This document shows, piece by piece, positions 61,301 to 64,000 of a DNA stretch of 64,000 nucleotides (positions are counted from its first letter, which is position 1; the number at the start of each line of letters is the position of its first letter). This stretch comes from Chiloscyllium plagiosum. Lineage: Eukaryota. The stretch is from positions 20,632,870 to 20,696,869 of the forward strand of contig NC_057719.1 of NCBI RefSeq assembly GCF_004010195.1, written 5' to 3'. The translations under genes were made by a program, and so were the position numbers. The notes under the pieces are model-generated. The model searched no databases. It saw only the letters and a program-made list of their open reading frames with translations, and was not told the origin of the DNA.

Positions 61301-63025
61301 ACCTTGCACTTTGATTGCTCATCGAGCTTCCTGAAGGGCAGTCATATCAATGTTGAAGTGCTGGAATTCAAGTGCAACAAGGGCAGTTCTTCATTCTGGA
61401 CAATTCTTTTGTTTGTTATCTATGAATGTTCTACATTTCAGGCATGGAGATTGAATAACACTTTGATTTTCAGACTGCAAGTAGGTGGGCCCACTAGATG
61501 CAGCTTTCCAGCCATGTTGCTGATAGAACAGCGTCTGTTTAAACCACTGTTTCTAGCCCTTTCCCTCTGTGGGGTGAGCAGGGTGGATTCTAAAGAGGGT
61601 TGGGAGAATATGAGCACTGCAGATGCTGGAGATCAGAGTCGAAAGCTGTGGTGCTGGAAAAGCATAGCTGCACAGGCAGCATCTGAGGAGTAGGAGAGTC
61701 GATGTTTGGAGCATAAGCTCTTCATCAGGAATGAGTGGGTGGCCCAAAGGATTGAGAGATAAACAGGAGGGGACTGGCATTGAGGGGAAGGTAGCTGGGA
61801 ATGTGTTAGGTAGATGAAGGAGGGGGTGAAGGTGATAGGTCAGAGAGGAGAGTGGAATGGAGAGGTGGGAATAAAGATGGACAGGTAGGACAGGTCAAGA
61901 GGGCAGTGCCGAGTTGAAAGGTGGATCTGGGATAAGTTGGGGTAAGGGGAATTGAGGAAACTGCGGAAATCCACATTGATCCCATGTGATTGGAGGGTCC
62001 AAGGCGGAAGATGAGGCATTCTTCCACCAGGCTTCGGGTGGTAAAGGTTTAGCGGTGGTGGAGACCCAGGAAGTGCATGTCCTTGTTGGATTCGGAGGGG
62101 GAGTTAAAGTGTTTGGCCACGGGGCAGTGGGATTGTTTCGTGTGTGTGCCCTGGAGATGTTCTCTGAAACTTTCTGTAAGTAGGCGTCCTGTCTCCCCAA
62201 TGTAGAGGAGACCACATCGGGAGCAACGGATACAGTAGATGATGTGTGAAAGTACAGGTAAACCTCTGATGGATGTGGAAGGCTCCTTTGGGGCCTTGGA
62301 TGGTGGTAAGGGAGGAGGTGTGGGCACAGGTTTTGCCATTCTTGCGGTGGCAGGGGAAGGTGACAGAAGGGGAGGGTGGGTTGGTGGTAAGGGGGGAGGG
62401 AGGGGGGTATGGACCTAACAAGGGAGTCGTGGAGGGAATAGTCTTTATGGAATGCAGGTAGGGGTTGGGAGGGAAATATATCCCTGGTGGTGGGGTCTGT
62501 TTGTAGGTGGCAGAAATGGCGGAGGGTAATGCGATATATCCAGAGATTGGTGGGTTGGAACTTGAGGACCATGGGGGTTCTGTCCTTGTTGCGGTTGGAG
62601 GGCTGCTCACTCCTGAAGAAAGCTAGCAAAAGCGAAACTCTCTTCATGTTCTTCTTCCAAGAGCGAAACAAATGAGACTGATGTCCAGGACGTCCAAATG
62701 TCACAATCCTGTCCCTGTCACATCTTTTAACATGGGAATGCTGTTGCACATTAGCAGACACACGGCCCTTGATGGATGGTTGATCCAGTGACAAGGAAAC
62801 CTTGTCAATAGCTGGAGATCTTCCTCCTGCTGCAGCCTTCATCCACCATCCTGGCTGTTGATATCACATGCATATCTTTTAACTGGATCATCATTGAGAA
62901 CATGTCTGGTTCCTCCCCTCTGATCTTACCTTCATGATGGCCCGGCCAAGAGCTGAGACGTCCTGATGGTATCGCTGTTGGAATCAATAGAACGCTCAAG
63001 CCTCTCCACCACAGCAAGGTAGCAA
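58372..63025 (-). mobile_element. Near full-length decayed RTE-clade LINE
   Basis: APE: IPKEDKIILLGEFNAWVGKD, WTDHWLI; RT: QEKCQEQHQPLCLTFVDLTKAFD; C-term HFRWILCISWED; 5' end CCTTGCTGTGGTGGAGAGGCTTG resembles RTE/Expander 5' UTRs; many stops and frameshifts. Confidence 0.85.
61603..62605 (-). mobile_element. Neptune-like PLE 3' fragment inserted in RTE 5' region
   Basis: IIYCIRCSRCGLLYIGETGRLLTESFREH; FPCHRKNGKTCAH; pLTR end at 61603-61735. Confidence 0.9.
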
Positions 63026-63309
63026 TTTAAGAAGGTGAGATATTATACTGAGTCCTTATTTACATCCTCAACTATAGATAGAGATTCTCAGGGCACCATT
63101 CAGTGGGGAGGAGGAATTTCAGTTTCAATGAAAATTTTAACACTCATTTCAACATTTTCATAATCAATCACATGGTCTTCAAATAAAACAACTGAAAGCT
63201 GCTGTTACCACCTGTTATTTCTCAGACTCCTTTCCTTGTGTCTTCTGTTACCTACTACTACCAAAAACTGCTTTGTATGATTTCTCTTGTCCTTTAATCA
63301 GTCCTGGCT

Positions 63310-64000
63310 CCCAGTTACTAATCCATATGTTTCATCAGTGACTAAAATGGAAAAGAAATTAATTGTCTGTATTTCCTGGGGATCACCACTTACCAGAAGC
63401 TGAATTGGACAAGCCATAGGAATAATGTGGCTGTAAGAGCAAATCAGAGGCGAGGAACGGTATGGCAAGCAACTTGCTTCCTGATCACCCAAAGCCTATC
63501 CAATATCTACAAGACACAAGTTGGAGTATGATGGAATATTCCCCACTTGTCTGGATGATTTCCACTTCAATCACACTCAAGATGCCTGACACCACCTGGG
63601 ACAATGCAACCTTCTTAATTGGCACCACAGCAAATAAACATTCAAATTCTTCACTACCAATGCATAATAACAGCAGTGTGTACCATTTATAAGATGCTCA
63701 GTAAGAATTCATGAAGGCTCCTTGAACAACACCTTATAAACGCACAACCACAACCATCTGGAAAGACAAGCAGATACATGGGAATACCACCATCTGAAAG
63801 TTCCCCTCCAAACCACTCAATTCCAAGTTTGGAAATATAAGGTCATTACTTCAATATCACTGGGTCAAAATCCTGGAACTTCCCTCCTAAGAGCATTGTG
63901 CATTCACCTGTACCAAATTGACTGCTACAATTCAAGAAGAAAGCTTAACACTATCTTTTGAAGGCCAATGTGGAATGGGTAATAAATGCTGGCCAAGCCA
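63310..64000 (+). mobile_element. LINE 3' fragment, RTEX-like (tentative clade)
   Basis: SLSNIYKTQV.SMMEYSPLVWM...TLK..DT..D.A.FLIG; ends GGGTAATAAATGCTGGCCAAGCCA. Confidence 0.6.

Noticed and set aside
61895..62842. 315-aa minus-strand ORF as a novel fusion gene
   Set aside because: Chance read-through from the RTE 5' region into a nested PLE; it shifts out of the PLE frame before the GIY-YIG domain
1..64000. CRISPR-like array or prokaryotic system
   Set aside because: Recurrent motifs are dispersed retroelement termini with no regular repeat-spacer period; the sequence is vertebrate

Overview
Repeat-dominated, apparently non-genic (intronic or intergenic) eukaryotic DNA. It is most likely from a shark: this is inferred from HE1-type V-SINEs sharing a 3' tail with CR1/HER1-type LINEs, plus SacSINE1-like DeuSINE remnants. 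No intact host protein-coding gene, tRNA, rRNA or CRISPR array can be supported, and every recognisable ORF is a decayed transposon fragment. The window holds many CR1 LINE fragments, five HE1/V-SINE copies, a second tRNA-headed SINE family with a probable RTEX-like partner LINE, and a near full-length decayed RTE LINE (58.4-63.0 kb). It also holds solo LTRs, two clear Harbinger (HARBI1-like DDE) transposase relics, a Myb/SANT-like relic, four N-gaps and more than 20 pieces of Penelope-like element (PLE) termini from several families. The most interesting signal is in the PLE termini. They encode minimal hammerhead ribozymes (CUGANGA - stem II - GAAA - 4-nt palindromic stem III - NUH), several with intact cores. 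They recur as fold-back insertions with 13-15 bp target-site duplications, and one arm typically stops 30-38 nt short of the other. Family names come from motif recognition, not database searches, and boundaries of old repeats are approximate.
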